Shown here piece by piece: positions 55,665 to 64,000 of a stretch of DNA of 64,000 nucleotides. Origin of the DNA: Candidatus Moraniibacteriota bacterium. Lineage in GTDB: Bacteria; Patescibacteriota; Minisyncoccia; Moranbacterales; UBA2206. A model generated the notes under the pieces. It was not told the DNA's origin. It did no database searches and saw only the letters and a list, made by a program, of their open reading frames with translations. The stretch covers positions 72,151 to 136,150 of the forward strand of contig JAUSNP010000005.1 of assembly GCA_030645735.1 (NCBI GenBank), given 5' to 3'. A program made the position numbers and the translations under genes. Every line of letters starts with the position of its first letter. Position 1 is the first letter of the stretch.

Positions 55665-55893
55665 TAAAAATGTTGCTTGTATAACTCAAAAACCCTGCAC
55701 TGGCAGGGTTTTTGGCTTAAATAGGTCGTATTATCGCCGTGACCTTGACTTTTATATTAAAATGTGCTAGTATTCACAATTAGTACATTAACAACCACCA
55801 CCTATGTGGCAATAAGCAGATTAGGCTCGACCTAGTCTTTTTGTTGCCACAGTTGGGTGGTTAGAAGTTAAAAAGATATTTTAGGAGAGAAAG

Positions 55894-56571
55894 ATGAAAA
55901 AGTTGAGTGTTGTATCTATATTGGCAATGGCTTTGGCTTTGGTGGGAATGATTGCTTCTTCGGCACTTGCCGACGGAGCGGACATTCTTCCCTGGTCATA
56001 TCCGAATGGCCAGGAGGGACAGACTTTTGCCTTCGGTATTTCCCAGAAGATTTCCAATCCACAAATAAGAATCAATGTCGGAGGCGGGAATCGCAAGAGT
56101 GTCTCCGCCGTTACGCTTGATGAGGACAATTGGGCGGAGGTGTCAATCCTTAAAGAGGGTGCGTATAATATTCGCGTCACTGTAAAGGGTGAAGAGCAAC
56201 TCACTCAAAACCTTTCTCGGAGCGTGCATGTGCACATTGAATACCCAGTCAAAGTGGGTAAGGTGTATTTCCGAGATCATTATCGGATGCACCTCGCCAA
56301 TGGCAACATCGGCTACACCTTTATGGTTTATCCGCAGTTCGGCTACGAGATGCCGGATCGCATCGACGCCGAGGTTACTTTTGGCGATGTGATTAAGGAA
56401 GTCTCTTTCAGCTGCGGACAGAACTACATCCGCAACCAGGGGTATTGCGAGACTAACATCGTCGAGCTCACCCCGAGTGAATATGTAGAGGTGTTGGGTG
56501 AAACCTACACCTGTTTAAAAACTGATGAAACGGAAAGCTGTCAAAACATCCGTTTTGTCAATTTCCAATAA
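55894..56571 (+). CDS. Secreted hypothetical protein (signal peptide; 4 C-terminal Cys)
   Basis: MKKLSVVSILAMALALVGMIASSALA signal; SD AGGAGAG; about 50% GC; no known domain. Confidence 0.5.
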   Translation: MKKLSVVSILAMALALVGMIASSALADGADILPWSYPNGQEGQTFAFGISQKISNPQIRINVGGGNRKSVSAVTLDEDNWAEVSILKEGAYNIRVTVKGEEQLTQNLSRSVHVHIEYPVKVGKVYFRDHYRMHLANGNIGYTFMVYPQFGYEMPDRIDAEVTFGDVIKEVSFSCGQNYIRNQGYCETNIVELTPSEYVEVLGETYTCLKTDETESCQNIRFVNFQ

Positions 56572-56684
56572 GTGGCTAAGGAGGGAGCTATGAGCAACTA
56601 TGTTTCGAAGATTCATTCGAAACCTCTAGTTGCTTTTTTTATTTACACAAAAGGCTAAATATAATATGATTACTCTATGATCGC

Positions 56685-56763
56685 TGTCATTCCCGCGTAG
56701 GCGGGAATCTAGGGTAGAAACTTAATGATGCATGACTGGATTCCCGTTTCCACGGGAATGACA
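56685..56763. repeat. Miniature inverted-repeat element (TGTCATTSC-TIR family), copy 4, just upstream of mnmA
   Basis: tgtcattcccgcgtaggcgggaatc ... gattcccgtttccacgggaatgaca; same arm architecture as copy 1. Confidence 0.55.
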
Positions 56764-56772
56764 ATTATACAA

Positions 56773-57924
56773 ATGAAAAAAATGGCAAAAAAACCTAGAG
56801 TAATTGTGGGTATGTCCAGTGGAGTTGATTCTTCGGTGGCAGCGGCGCTTTTGAAAAAACAGGGCTTTGATGTCGTGGGGGTTTTTATGCATTTTTGGAA
56901 AGAACCGACACAAGATAGTTTAATTGAAAACAAATGTTGTTCCTTGGAATCCTTGGAAGATGCGCGCAAAGTGTGTCAGATTTTGGGTATTCCGCTCTAC
57001 ACAGCTAATGCTGAGAAAGAATTCAAGAAAGAAGTGGTGGACTATTTTTTGCAAGAATATGCCGAAGGGAGAACTCCCAATCCATGTGTGGCCTGCAATG
57101 AGCACATCAAGTTTCATGTGTTGATGAAGAAAATGTTGGAAATGGAAGGGGATTACATCGCTTCAGGGCATTATTCAATTAATGAAATGGGCAAGGATGG
57201 AAAATATCATCTGTTCCAGGGCAAGGATGAAGAAAAAGATCAGTCTTATTTTTTGTATAATTTCAATCAAAAGCAATTGGCGAAAATTTTGTTTCCAGTC
57301 GGGAAATATAAGAAGCTGGAGATTCGAAAAATTGCTGAGAAATTGAAGTTGCCAGTTTTCAACAAAGATGATTCACAAGGCTTATGTTTCACGCCGGAAA
57401 AATATCCAGAAAACTTTTTGCGCCGAAATTTGCAATTGAAAAAAGGCAAAATTCAAAACACCGCTGGCAAAGTGGTGGGTGAGCATGATGGTTTGCCACT
57501 CTACACCATTGGCCAAAGACGCGGCATCAATATCGGAGGCGACGGTCCATATTTTGTAGTGGGCAAAGATTTGACCAAAAACATTTTGATTGTGACTAAT
57601 GATGAAAAAGATCCAAATCTGGTTTGCTCGCAAATGCAGGTGGAAAAGGTCAATTGGATTGTTTCCGAACCGAAATTGCCTTTGAAAATATTGGTCAAAA
57701 CCCGATACCGGCATCAGGCGGTTTCTGCTATAATAGAAAGCGTAGAACGTGGAACGCAAAACGTAAAACGTAAAATGCAGGATGCTGGGCGATCCACGAT
57801 CAACGATCCACGATCAACGTATACAGTCGTGTTTGATGAACCGCAGCGGGCAATTTCACCAGGGCAGTCGGCAGTTTTTTATACTAAACAAGGCGAAATG
57901 ATTGGTGGTGGCAGAATAATCTAA
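56773..57924 (+). CDS. mnmA: tRNA-specific 2-thiouridylase
   Basis: PP-loop VIVGMSSGVDSSVAAALL, catalytic Cys, C-terminal VVFDEPQRAISPGQSAVFY; the ORF-track start at 56725 lies inside the repeat element, so the ATG at 56773 is preferred; contains an approximately 19-aa repeat-encoded insertion. Confidence 0.88.
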   Translation: MKKMAKKPRVIVGMSSGVDSSVAAALLKKQGFDVVGVFMHFWKEPTQDSLIENKCCSLESLEDARKVCQILGIPLYTANAEKEFKKEVVDYFLQEYAEGRTPNPCVACNEHIKFHVLMKKMLEMEGDYIASGHYSINEMGKDGKYHLFQGKDEEKDQSYFLYNFNQKQLAKILFPVGKYKKLEIRKIAEKLKLPVFNKDDSQGLCFTPEKYPENFLRRNLQLKKGKIQNTAGKVVGEHDGLPLYTIGQRRGINIGGDGPYFVVGKDLTKNILIVTNDEKDPNLVCSQMQVEKVNWIVSEPKLPLKILVKTRYRHQAVSAIIESVERGTQNVKRKMQDAGRSTINDPRSTYTVVFDEPQRAISPGQSAVFYTKQGEMIGGGRII

Positions 57925-57939
57925 AAATAGAAAACACAA

Positions 57940-58566
57940 ATGGGAATATTATTTAATAGAAAATCAGCAGCAGGCTTTACTACAAATAAGAAATTTTTAG
58001 CAGCTAATGAATTACATAGGAAGGACATTAAAGAAATTAGTCGTAATGTTGGAATTCATAAGATAGCTGGCCAGCATGAGTTCAAGAAAATGCTAACAGA
58101 AAGTCGGCATGGTGGAGTGACGCGAGATGAGATTCATGATAATTTGCAAAAATTGATCGGAGAGGGTTATATCAAAACTACATCTCAGGCCAGAGGAATT
58201 GCCAGTGATTTGGGGTTGAAAGGACGAAGCTTGTTGAAATTTAAAAACCTACATAATTATTTACGCTCAGAAAGAGCGGTTGTGGGAAAGAGTGTTGAAA
58301 TGACAGGCGGAAATAATGAGGCACTCCATAAGGAAGTCGTCAGCAATAATAATCATCCAGCTATAAAAAGTAATTTGGGGCCAATAATTCCAGAAAAAAA
58401 GATTGTGCAACCTTCAGCACCAACAAATTTGCAATTCAAGTCATTTCAGAATCCTTCGGTTGGAATGACGGAGGGTTTTGAGGTTAGCAATGGCAGGCCA
58501 AAAAGTGTTTGGGATATTTTGAATAAATCTAGAGTGCATGAATCAGAGGATGAAACTAATAGTTAA
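57940..58566 (+). CDS. Hypothetical protein
   Basis: 208-aa ORF, AT-rich like the core genome; no motif. Confidence 0.4.
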   Translation: MGILFNRKSAAGFTTNKKFLAANELHRKDIKEISRNVGIHKIAGQHEFKKMLTESRHGGVTRDEIHDNLQKLIGEGYIKTTSQARGIASDLGLKGRSLLKFKNLHNYLRSERAVVGKSVEMTGGNNEALHKEVVSNNNHPAIKSNLGPIIPEKKIVQPSAPTNLQFKSFQNPSVGMTEGFEVSNGRPKSVWDILNKSRVHESEDETNS

Positions 58567-58586
58567 TTTCCATAAATTTTTTTAAT

Positions 58587-58868
58587 ATGCAAGATTATAA
58601 TAATCAAGGCAATCAATCAGAACAAGACAAGCGTCGAAAATTGACTGACATTCAAAGAAATATTATTATGGCGGAAGCGGATTTGAAAAAAGTGACTAAT
58701 GAAAAAATGATGATTGAGTCTGCGATGTCACGCACAAAAAGAGAGATCGATCATCTGAAATTAGGCATGCAGGCAGAGGAACAGAAATTAAAGAAGATTG
58801 AGCAGGATATGATGATGAAACAAGTTGAAATTTCTAAATTGAAAAAGCAATTAAATTCGGTGCAATAA
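58587..58868 (+). CDS. Hypothetical coiled-coil protein
   Basis: 93 aa, heptad-rich (KLKKIEQDMMMKQVEISKLKKQL). Confidence 0.35.
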   Translation: MQDYNNQGNQSEQDKRRKLTDIQRNIIMAEADLKKVTNEKMMIESAMSRTKREIDHLKLGMQAEEQKLKKIEQDMMMKQVEISKLKKQLNSVQ

Positions 58869-58911
58869 TTAATTTTTTTAATACGCCCTAATTTAGTAGG
58901 GTAAAAAATAT

Positions 58912-59127
58912 ATGATATCAAATCTAAGAAAAATCGTCAGCGCTGTTGCTGAACAAAGAGGGCTTAAGGTAGAAAGCTATAAAATGGATGATTTAAAACT
59001 GGCAGAGATGCATTTGGATAAAAGTGGGGATGTTGATGCCGCCATGAATGAATTAAAGGGAATTTTAGATTATAAATGGAAAGAGAAAGCTTTTCCAGAA
59101 ATTGAAGAACAGCTAAAAAAGAAATAA
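58912..59127 (+). CDS. Hypothetical small protein
   Basis: 71-aa ORF directly upstream of alaS. Confidence 0.3.
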   Translation: MISNLRKIVSAVAEQRGLKVESYKMDDLKLAEMHLDKSGDVDAAMNELKGILDYKWKEKAFPEIEEQLKKK

Positions 59128-59134
59128 ATAATTT

Positions 59135-61039
59135 ATGACAGCGCAAGAATTACGTCAGAAGTATTTAGATTTTTTCAAGTCGAAGGGTCACACGATCATT
59201 CCTTCGGCGTCTTTGGTGCCCCGCGAAACTGACACCTCGACGCTTTTCACGACCGCTGGCATGCACCCGTTGGTGCCTTACCTGTTGGGCGAAGAGCATC
59301 CAGGGGGCAAAAAGGTTGCCAATGTCCAAAAATGCGTCCGTACGGGCGACATAGATGATGTTGGGGACAATCGACACCTCACTTTTTTTGAAATGATGGG
59401 GAATTGGAGTTTTGGCGACTATTTCAAAAAAGAAGCCATCGAGTGGAGCTTTGAGTTTTTGACGGGCAAGGAGTGGTTGGGATTGGATCCAAATAGATTG
59501 TACGTCACAACTTTCAAAGGAGAAAACGGAATTCCACGTGATGAAACCGCCGTGCAAGTTTGGTTGGAAACTTTTGCCAAAGCTGGCATGAATGTGGCTG
59601 TGGCTGGCGAAGATGAAATCGTTCGAGACAACGTGCGCATCATTCCATTGGGAACTGATGACAATTTTTGGATTGCTGGCGCGACTGGTCCATGCGGAGG
59701 CGACACGGAAATGTTTTATGATACTCGACCAGAAGAAGGAAAATTGGAAGGCAAGTTTGGTGATCTTGTGGATTCATTTCGTTTGATTGAAATTTGGAAC
59801 GATGTGTTTATGGAATTCAATAAGACTGAGGATGGGCAATATGAAAAACTAGCCAAACCAAATGTTGACACTGGTATGGGCGTGGAACGAACATTGGCAG
59901 TTTTGAATGGCAAAGAGAATGTTTTTGAAACGGAATTGTTTCAACCACTCTTCAGAAAAATCGAAGAACTATCAAAATTAGAATATGGCGACAAGTCTGA
60001 CGTGGAATATATAAAAGATGATAAACAATGCTGGGTTGATGTTAGAAAACAATTCAGAATCGTTGCTGATCATGTTAAGGCCAGCGTTTTCATGTTGGCT
60101 GATGGTGTGACACCACTCAACGTTGGACGCGGATACGTTTTGCGTCGCATTATTCGTCGTGCAGTGCGTTATGGAAAATTGCTTGGCATCGAAAAAAACT
60201 TTACCAAAGAAATTGCGGAAGTGGTGATTGAAATGCACAAAGATTTTTATACTGAACTCGAAGAAAATAAAAAAATTATTTTTGAAGAATTGGAAAAGGA
60301 AGAAAATAAATTTAAAAAAACATTAAATGACGGCCTTAAACAGGTTGATAAATTTATAAATTATATAGAGCAACAAAAGGCAAATAACGCTGAAGTTGAT
60401 TATATAAAAGCTGGGTGGCTTACATTTGATTTATATCAGACTTACGGATTTCCATTAGAATTAATTTTTGAAGAGTTGGATAGTAGAAACATAGATTGCA
60501 ATAAAAGTGCAATTGGTAAGGGTTTTGCAGATGAATTAATACGACATCAAGATCTTTCCCGCACCGCTTCAGCCGGCGCTTTCAAGGGCGGTTTGCAGGG
60601 CACGGGCGAAATGGAAACGAAATATCACACTGCCACTCATCTTTTGCTGGCGGCGTTGCGACAAATCATCGGAGCAGAAACCTATCAAAAAGGCAGCAAC
60701 ATCACGGCGGAACGCATGCGTTTCGATTTCAACTACCCAGAAAAAATGACGCCGGAACTCTTGAAGCAGGTGGAAGATTTGGTGAATGAAAAAATTCAAC
60801 AAAACTTGCCAGTGGAGCTGCAAGAAATGTCCAAAGACGAAGCATTGAAATTGGCCAAAGTTTCTTTCGATCCGGCTAAATATGGTGACATGGTGAAAGT
60901 CTATTCAATCGGTGATTTCAGCACTGAGCTTTGTGGTGGCCCACACGTGCAAAATCTTTCTGAGCTTGGCCACTTCAAAATCACCAAAGAAGAGGCATCT
61001 TCTTCCGGCGTGCGCAGAATTAAGGCAATACTTGAATAG
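59135..61039 (+). CDS. alaS: Alanine--tRNA ligase, short form (catalytic, tRNA-binding and editing domains; no C-Ala domain)
   Basis: MTAQELRQKYLDFFKSKGHTIIPSASLVP; editing-domain HTATHLL...CGGPHV; 634 aa versus about 870 aa for canonical AlaRS. Confidence 0.9.
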   Translation: MTAQELRQKYLDFFKSKGHTIIPSASLVPRETDTSTLFTTAGMHPLVPYLLGEEHPGGKKVANVQKCVRTGDIDDVGDNRHLTFFEMMGNWSFGDYFKKEAIEWSFEFLTGKEWLGLDPNRLYVTTFKGENGIPRDETAVQVWLETFAKAGMNVAVAGEDEIVRDNVRIIPLGTDDNFWIAGATGPCGGDTEMFYDTRPEEGKLEGKFGDLVDSFRLIEIWNDVFMEFNKTEDGQYEKLAKPNVDTGMGVERTLAVLNGKENVFETELFQPLFRKIEELSKLEYGDKSDVEYIKDDKQCWVDVRKQFRIVADHVKASVFMLADGVTPLNVGRGYVLRRIIRRAVRYGKLLGIEKNFTKEIAEVVIEMHKDFYTELEENKKIIFEELEKEENKFKKTLNDGLKQVDKFINYIEQQKANNAEVDYIKAGWLTFDLYQTYGFPLELIFEELDSRNIDCNKSAIGKGFADELIRHQDLSRTASAGAFKGGLQGTGEMETKYHTATHLLLAALRQIIGAETYQKGSNITAERMRFDFNYPEKMTPELLKQVEDLVNEKIQQNLPVELQEMSKDEALKLAKVSFDPAKYGDMVKVYSIGDFSTELCGGPHVQNLSELGHFKITKEEASSSGVRRIKAILE

Positions 61040-61057
61040 ATATTTTTGCAAATTTAA

Positions 61058-61096
61058 AACACCCTCAAACGAGTTTCTCGCTGAGGGTGTTTTTTG
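61058..61096. terminator. Bidirectional intrinsic terminator after alaS
   Basis: ACACCCTCA...TGAGGGTGT hairpin with T runs on both strands. Confidence 0.6.
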
Positions 61097-61119
61097 AAGA
61101 ATAGGTTTGAGATATTGGG

Positions 61120-61551
61120 TTATTTGCCTTGTAGACCCCAACGCATTCCGGTAATGATGGCTATCTCCTCCTGCTGTGAATTAAGGACAGCGCCGTTTAA
61201 GGCAAAGAACTCACTCATTGCGGGATTTTGTTCAAGTTCGACGGTAATGAAAATAGAAATACTAGTATGCTTACCCGTGCCTGATTTTATCTGGCCGATG
61301 CTCTCAATGATGAGTGGCACTGATTCGATTTCAGGCACCGCATTGAGAAGGAGTATGTTGGCTAAACGCAAGCAAAGGAGTTGGTATTGAACCTGTAAAC
61401 ATGGGCTGCTAGGGTCAAGTTCAACGCTTGCCGCAATTGTTCGGGGAAAAGCTGGGTTCGTGAAGATGATAACGATTGGGCTTTTTTGATCCTCAAAAAA
61501 AGTATTGTTGAGCGCTTGCATTATTTCGTGGAGTTGGTTGGAATTCATCAA
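61120..61551 (-). CDS. Hypothetical protein
   Basis: 143-aa ORF; weak support. Confidence 0.35.
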   Translation of the reverse strand: MMNSNQLHEIMQALNNTFFEDQKSPIVIIFTNPAFPRTIAASVELDPSSPCLQVQYQLLCLRLANILLLNAVPEIESVPLIIESIGQIKSGTGKHTSISIFITVELEQNPAMSEFFALNGAVLNSQQEEIAIITGMRWGLQGK

Positions 61552-61640
61552 ATCACCTCAATTGTTTGGGTTAATTGAAATTGGTTGATTGTGGAATGGC
61601 TATTGTAAAAGAATAATAAATTATAGCAATTCGGCTGAAT

Positions 61641-61669
61641 TTGTCAATAACCACCTTTTGTTTTATAAT
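61641..61669 (+). promoter_or_regulatory. Near-consensus sigma70 promoter (TTGTCA-17-TATAAT) upstream of ftsA
   Basis: ttgtcaataaccaccttttgttttataat. Confidence 0.5.
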
Positions 61670-61706
61670 TAACTCAATAAACAAAAATAAAATTCTCTAT
61701 CTAGGA

Positions 61707-62975
61707 ATGTCAATTTTTTCTAAAATTTTAGGTTCACACAGGGGATCTTCGGATTTCATTCTGTCTCTTGATATTGGAACTGAAGTGGTTAAAGCTTTGG
61801 TTTTCAAGATTGATCCAGAGACTGGCAATGGCATTGTGACGGGCGTGGGACGAGCGCGACAAAGATTGGGTGACATGCAAAGTGGTGCAGTGTCTGACAT
61901 TGCGGGCGTGATTGAAAACTCCAAACGCGCGATTGCTTTGGCCAAGCAAATGGCTGGTGCCAAAAAAGTGGAAAAGGCTATCATTGGCATTGCGGGTGAA
62001 CTGGTGAAAGGCACCACGACCACTGTGCATTATGAAAGAATCAAACCAGAAATCAGAATTGATTTGCCGGAATTGAAAAACATCATTCAGAAAGTGCAAT
62101 GGAAAGCATTTGATCGCATTCGTCAACAATTGGCTTGGGAAACTGGTCACAGTGAAATTGAAGTGAAATTGATCAACGCAGCCATAGTGGACGTGCGCAT
62201 CGATGGCTATCGCGTGACCAACCCAGTTGGTTTTCAAGGACGCGATGTTTCCATTTCAGTTTTCAATGCCTATGCGCCGATGGTACATTTGGGTGCCTTG
62301 CAATCCATTGCCGAAGAATTGAAATTGGATTTGTTGAGCATTGCTGCTGAGCCATATGCGGTGGCGCGTTCCATGGGCATTGAAGATGTGTTGGATTTCA
62401 ATGCAGTTTTCATTGACATTGGTGGAGGCACCACTGACATTGCGGTGGTCCGAAATGGTGGATTGGAAGGCACCAAGATGTTTGCGCTGGGTGGCCGCGC
62501 TTTCACCAAACGATTGGCGCAAGAATTGGGCATCACTTTTGAAGAAGCTGAAATTTTGAAAATCAAATATGCTGAAGGACGACTCGGAAGGGATGTATCA
62601 ATCAAAATTGAAAAAATGTTGGAACAAGATTGCAGTGTGTGGTTGTCGGGCGTGGAATTGTCACTGGCTGAATTTGCTGAATCTGATACTTTGCCATCTA
62701 GGTTTTTCTTGTGTGGTGGTGGCTCAGGTTTGCCAGGAGTCAAGAAAGCTTTGATGAATACCAAATGGACGAAAAATTTGCCGTTTGCCAAGATGCCACA
62801 AGTCAGCTTCTTGCAACCAAAAGACGTAGTGAATATAGTTGACAGAACTGGCGAATTGCGCGACCCTCAAGACATCACCCCAATGGGCTTGGCCAATCTA
62901 GCACTTGATTTGGCCGGCGAAGAAAAAGTGATGGCGGGTATTTTGAGGAGGGCGGTCAAGATGATACAGAAATAG
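61707..62975 (+). CDS. ftsA: Actin-like ATPase FtsA (or PilM-like); start at the ATG at 61707 preferred over the ORF-track TTG
   Basis: LSLDIGTEVVKALVF phosphate-1 and IDIGGGTTDIAVV phosphate-2 actin-fold motifs. Confidence 0.75.
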   Translation: MSIFSKILGSHRGSSDFILSLDIGTEVVKALVFKIDPETGNGIVTGVGRARQRLGDMQSGAVSDIAGVIENSKRAIALAKQMAGAKKVEKAIIGIAGELVKGTTTTVHYERIKPEIRIDLPELKNIIQKVQWKAFDRIRQQLAWETGHSEIEVKLINAAIVDVRIDGYRVTNPVGFQGRDVSISVFNAYAPMVHLGALQSIAEELKLDLLSIAAEPYAVARSMGIEDVLDFNAVFIDIGGGTTDIAVVRNGGLEGTKMFALGGRAFTKRLAQELGITFEEAEILKIKYAEGRLGRDVSIKIEKMLEQDCSVWLSGVELSLAEFAESDTLPSRFFLCGGGSGLPGVKKALMNTKWTKNLPFAKMPQVSFLQPKDVVNIVDRTGELRDPQDITPMGLANLALDLAGEEKVMAGILRRAVKMIQK

Positions 62976-63082
62976 TCCGTAAAGTTAAAAGTCTATAAAG
63001 TCCATAAAGTATAACTATGACTTTAATAGACTGCAAATAATAAGACTTTATGAACTTTAAGGACTTTAGACTTTAAACTAAA
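62976..63082. repeat. Palindromic array of AAGTCTAA/TTAGACTT-type motifs (locus C, after ftsA)
   Basis: aaagttaaaagtctataaagtccataaagt ... gactttatgaactttaaggactttagacttt. Confidence 0.55.
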
Positions 63083-63086
63083 ATTT

Positions 63087-64000
63087 ATGCATCAAACGTT
63101 TTACATTGATATAGACGAAGAAATCACTTCCATTGTGGATCGATTGAGAAAATCGAAATCACGGGAGGTGGTGATTGTCGTGCCAAAAAGAGCAATTCTC
63201 ATTCAGAGTATTGTGAATTTGAAATTGCTCAAAAAAGAAGCGGATGATTTGAAAAAAGAAATTATTATTGTGACACAAGATAAATTTGGCAAGATGATTA
63301 TTGAAAAAGCTGGCATTGTGGTGGAGCAACGTTTGGATGATGTAGAGGGCCAAGAAGTTCAAGAATTGGAAATTGATGACAAAAAAATTAAAATTGGATC
63401 TGACGCAGGCGCAGCAGAATCCGCAGACAATCAGCAAAGAAGAAAACGATTGGATAAGATTGGTTCCGATGGCTATTATCAAGCAGAAAATTTAGATGCT
63501 ATTTTGGGACGAGAAGCGGTGATTACGGAACAGGACAATGAGCCAGCCAGAAAAGGCAATGAAAGCGGTGAGCGAATTTTGAATAAAGAGTTGGTGATTG
63601 ATATGGGTGACGATTTGCGTCACCAGCAATCATCTTTCAAAAAAAATATAGCCAAACGAGGAACGTTTGCGCCAATGGATATGATTCGCAATGTAGAAAT
63701 GAGTGAAGATGGTCTGACCCAAGAGGATGAGGAAATAACAAAACCAACAGAAATATTAATCAAAAAATCTCGCCAATCATTCAGACAAGAGGAATTGTCT
63801 GAGTTTGAGGAGGAAGTTGAGGATGACGCGCCAAAAATGCAAAGAGCGGGCAGTTTTTTTGAGCATCAAAAATCAATCAATGCCAATGAGTATAAAAATA
63901 TAAATATTGGCGGCGGTACTTGGAAATATTTCGTGACTTTCGGTATTTTCGCAGCGGTTGTGATTTTTGGCGCAGTGGGCTATTTGTATTTGCCTAAAGC
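63087..64000 (+). CDS. Partial CDS (open to the window end), hypothetical protein with acidic low-complexity regions and a C-terminal TM segment
   Basis: ATG at 63087 with no stop codon through position 64000; ends with the hydrophobic stretch WKYFVTFGIFAAVVIFGAVGYLYL. Confidence 0.4.
   Translation, partial: MHQTFYIDIDEEITSIVDRLRKSKSREVVIVVPKRAILIQSIVNLKLLKKEADDLKKEIIIVTQDKFGKMIIEKAGIVVEQRLDDVEGQEVQELEIDDKKIKIGSDAGAAESADNQQRRKRLDKIGSDGYYQAENLDAILGREAVITEQDNEPARKGNESGERILNKELVIDMGDDLRHQQSSFKKNIAKRGTFAPMDMIRNVEMSEDGLTQEDEEITKPTEILIKKSRQSFRQEELSEFEEEVEDDAPKMQRAGSFFEHQKSINANEYKNINIGGGTWKYFVTFGIFAAVVIFGAVGYLYLPK

Overview
Only 38 bases could be given to any one field here, so the description is in the features and findings below. 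In short: this 64 kb window is an AT-rich, gene-dense bacterial chromosome segment that looks like a reduced-genome Candidate Phyla Radiation (CPR)/Patescibacteria-type organism. The basis is housekeeping genes with no Shine-Dalgarno (SD) sequences, a short AlaRS, a short SMC, and no CRISPR, rRNA, integrase or transposase anywhere. The core genes that can be called are folA-tmk-dut-gatB, miaA/miaB, thrS, dnaE, rnhB-rpmF-nusB-rnc-smc, rpsP-rplJ-rplL, cls, dnaX, the dcw cluster mraZ-rsmH-ftsL-ftsI-murF, a polyprenyl synthase with uppS, a DsbD-like protein with trxA-trxB, a malic enzyme, yjbQ, pcm, mltG, mnmA, alaS and ftsA. Two tRNAs are present (Gln on the minus strand, Glu on the plus strand). 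Between the core genes sit GC-richer, SD-bearing ORFs of unknown function that look laterally acquired. These include an island next to tRNA-Gln with an MFS efflux cassette bounded by 49-bp direct repeats, a cysteine-rich peptide/secreted-protein island at 30.8-33.9 kb, orphan genes at 49.2 and 55.9 kb, and a GIY-YIG nuclease gene inserted beside tRNA-Glu. Unusual non-coding architecture is frequent. One miniature inverted-repeat element family with TGTCATTSC termini has four copies. A 187-bp element with perfect 21-bp terminal inverted repeats fills the ftsL-ftsI spacer. Five intergenic palindromic arrays are built from short AT-rich motifs, three of them from AAGTCTAA/TTAGACTT. A CGTGGAA-heptad repeat sequence is embedded in frame in three tRNA anticodon-loop modification genes (miaA, miaB, mnmA), including an exact shared 20-mer. 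The GTGTGGATAAC (DnaA-box-like) motif occurs three times in island promoter regions. The most system-like candidate is a three-gene module at 51.2-55.7 kb: a sigma-region-4 + HARE-HTH protein, a membrane protein, and an FtsK/HerA/VirD4-superfamily ATPase with a C-terminal zinc ribbon.
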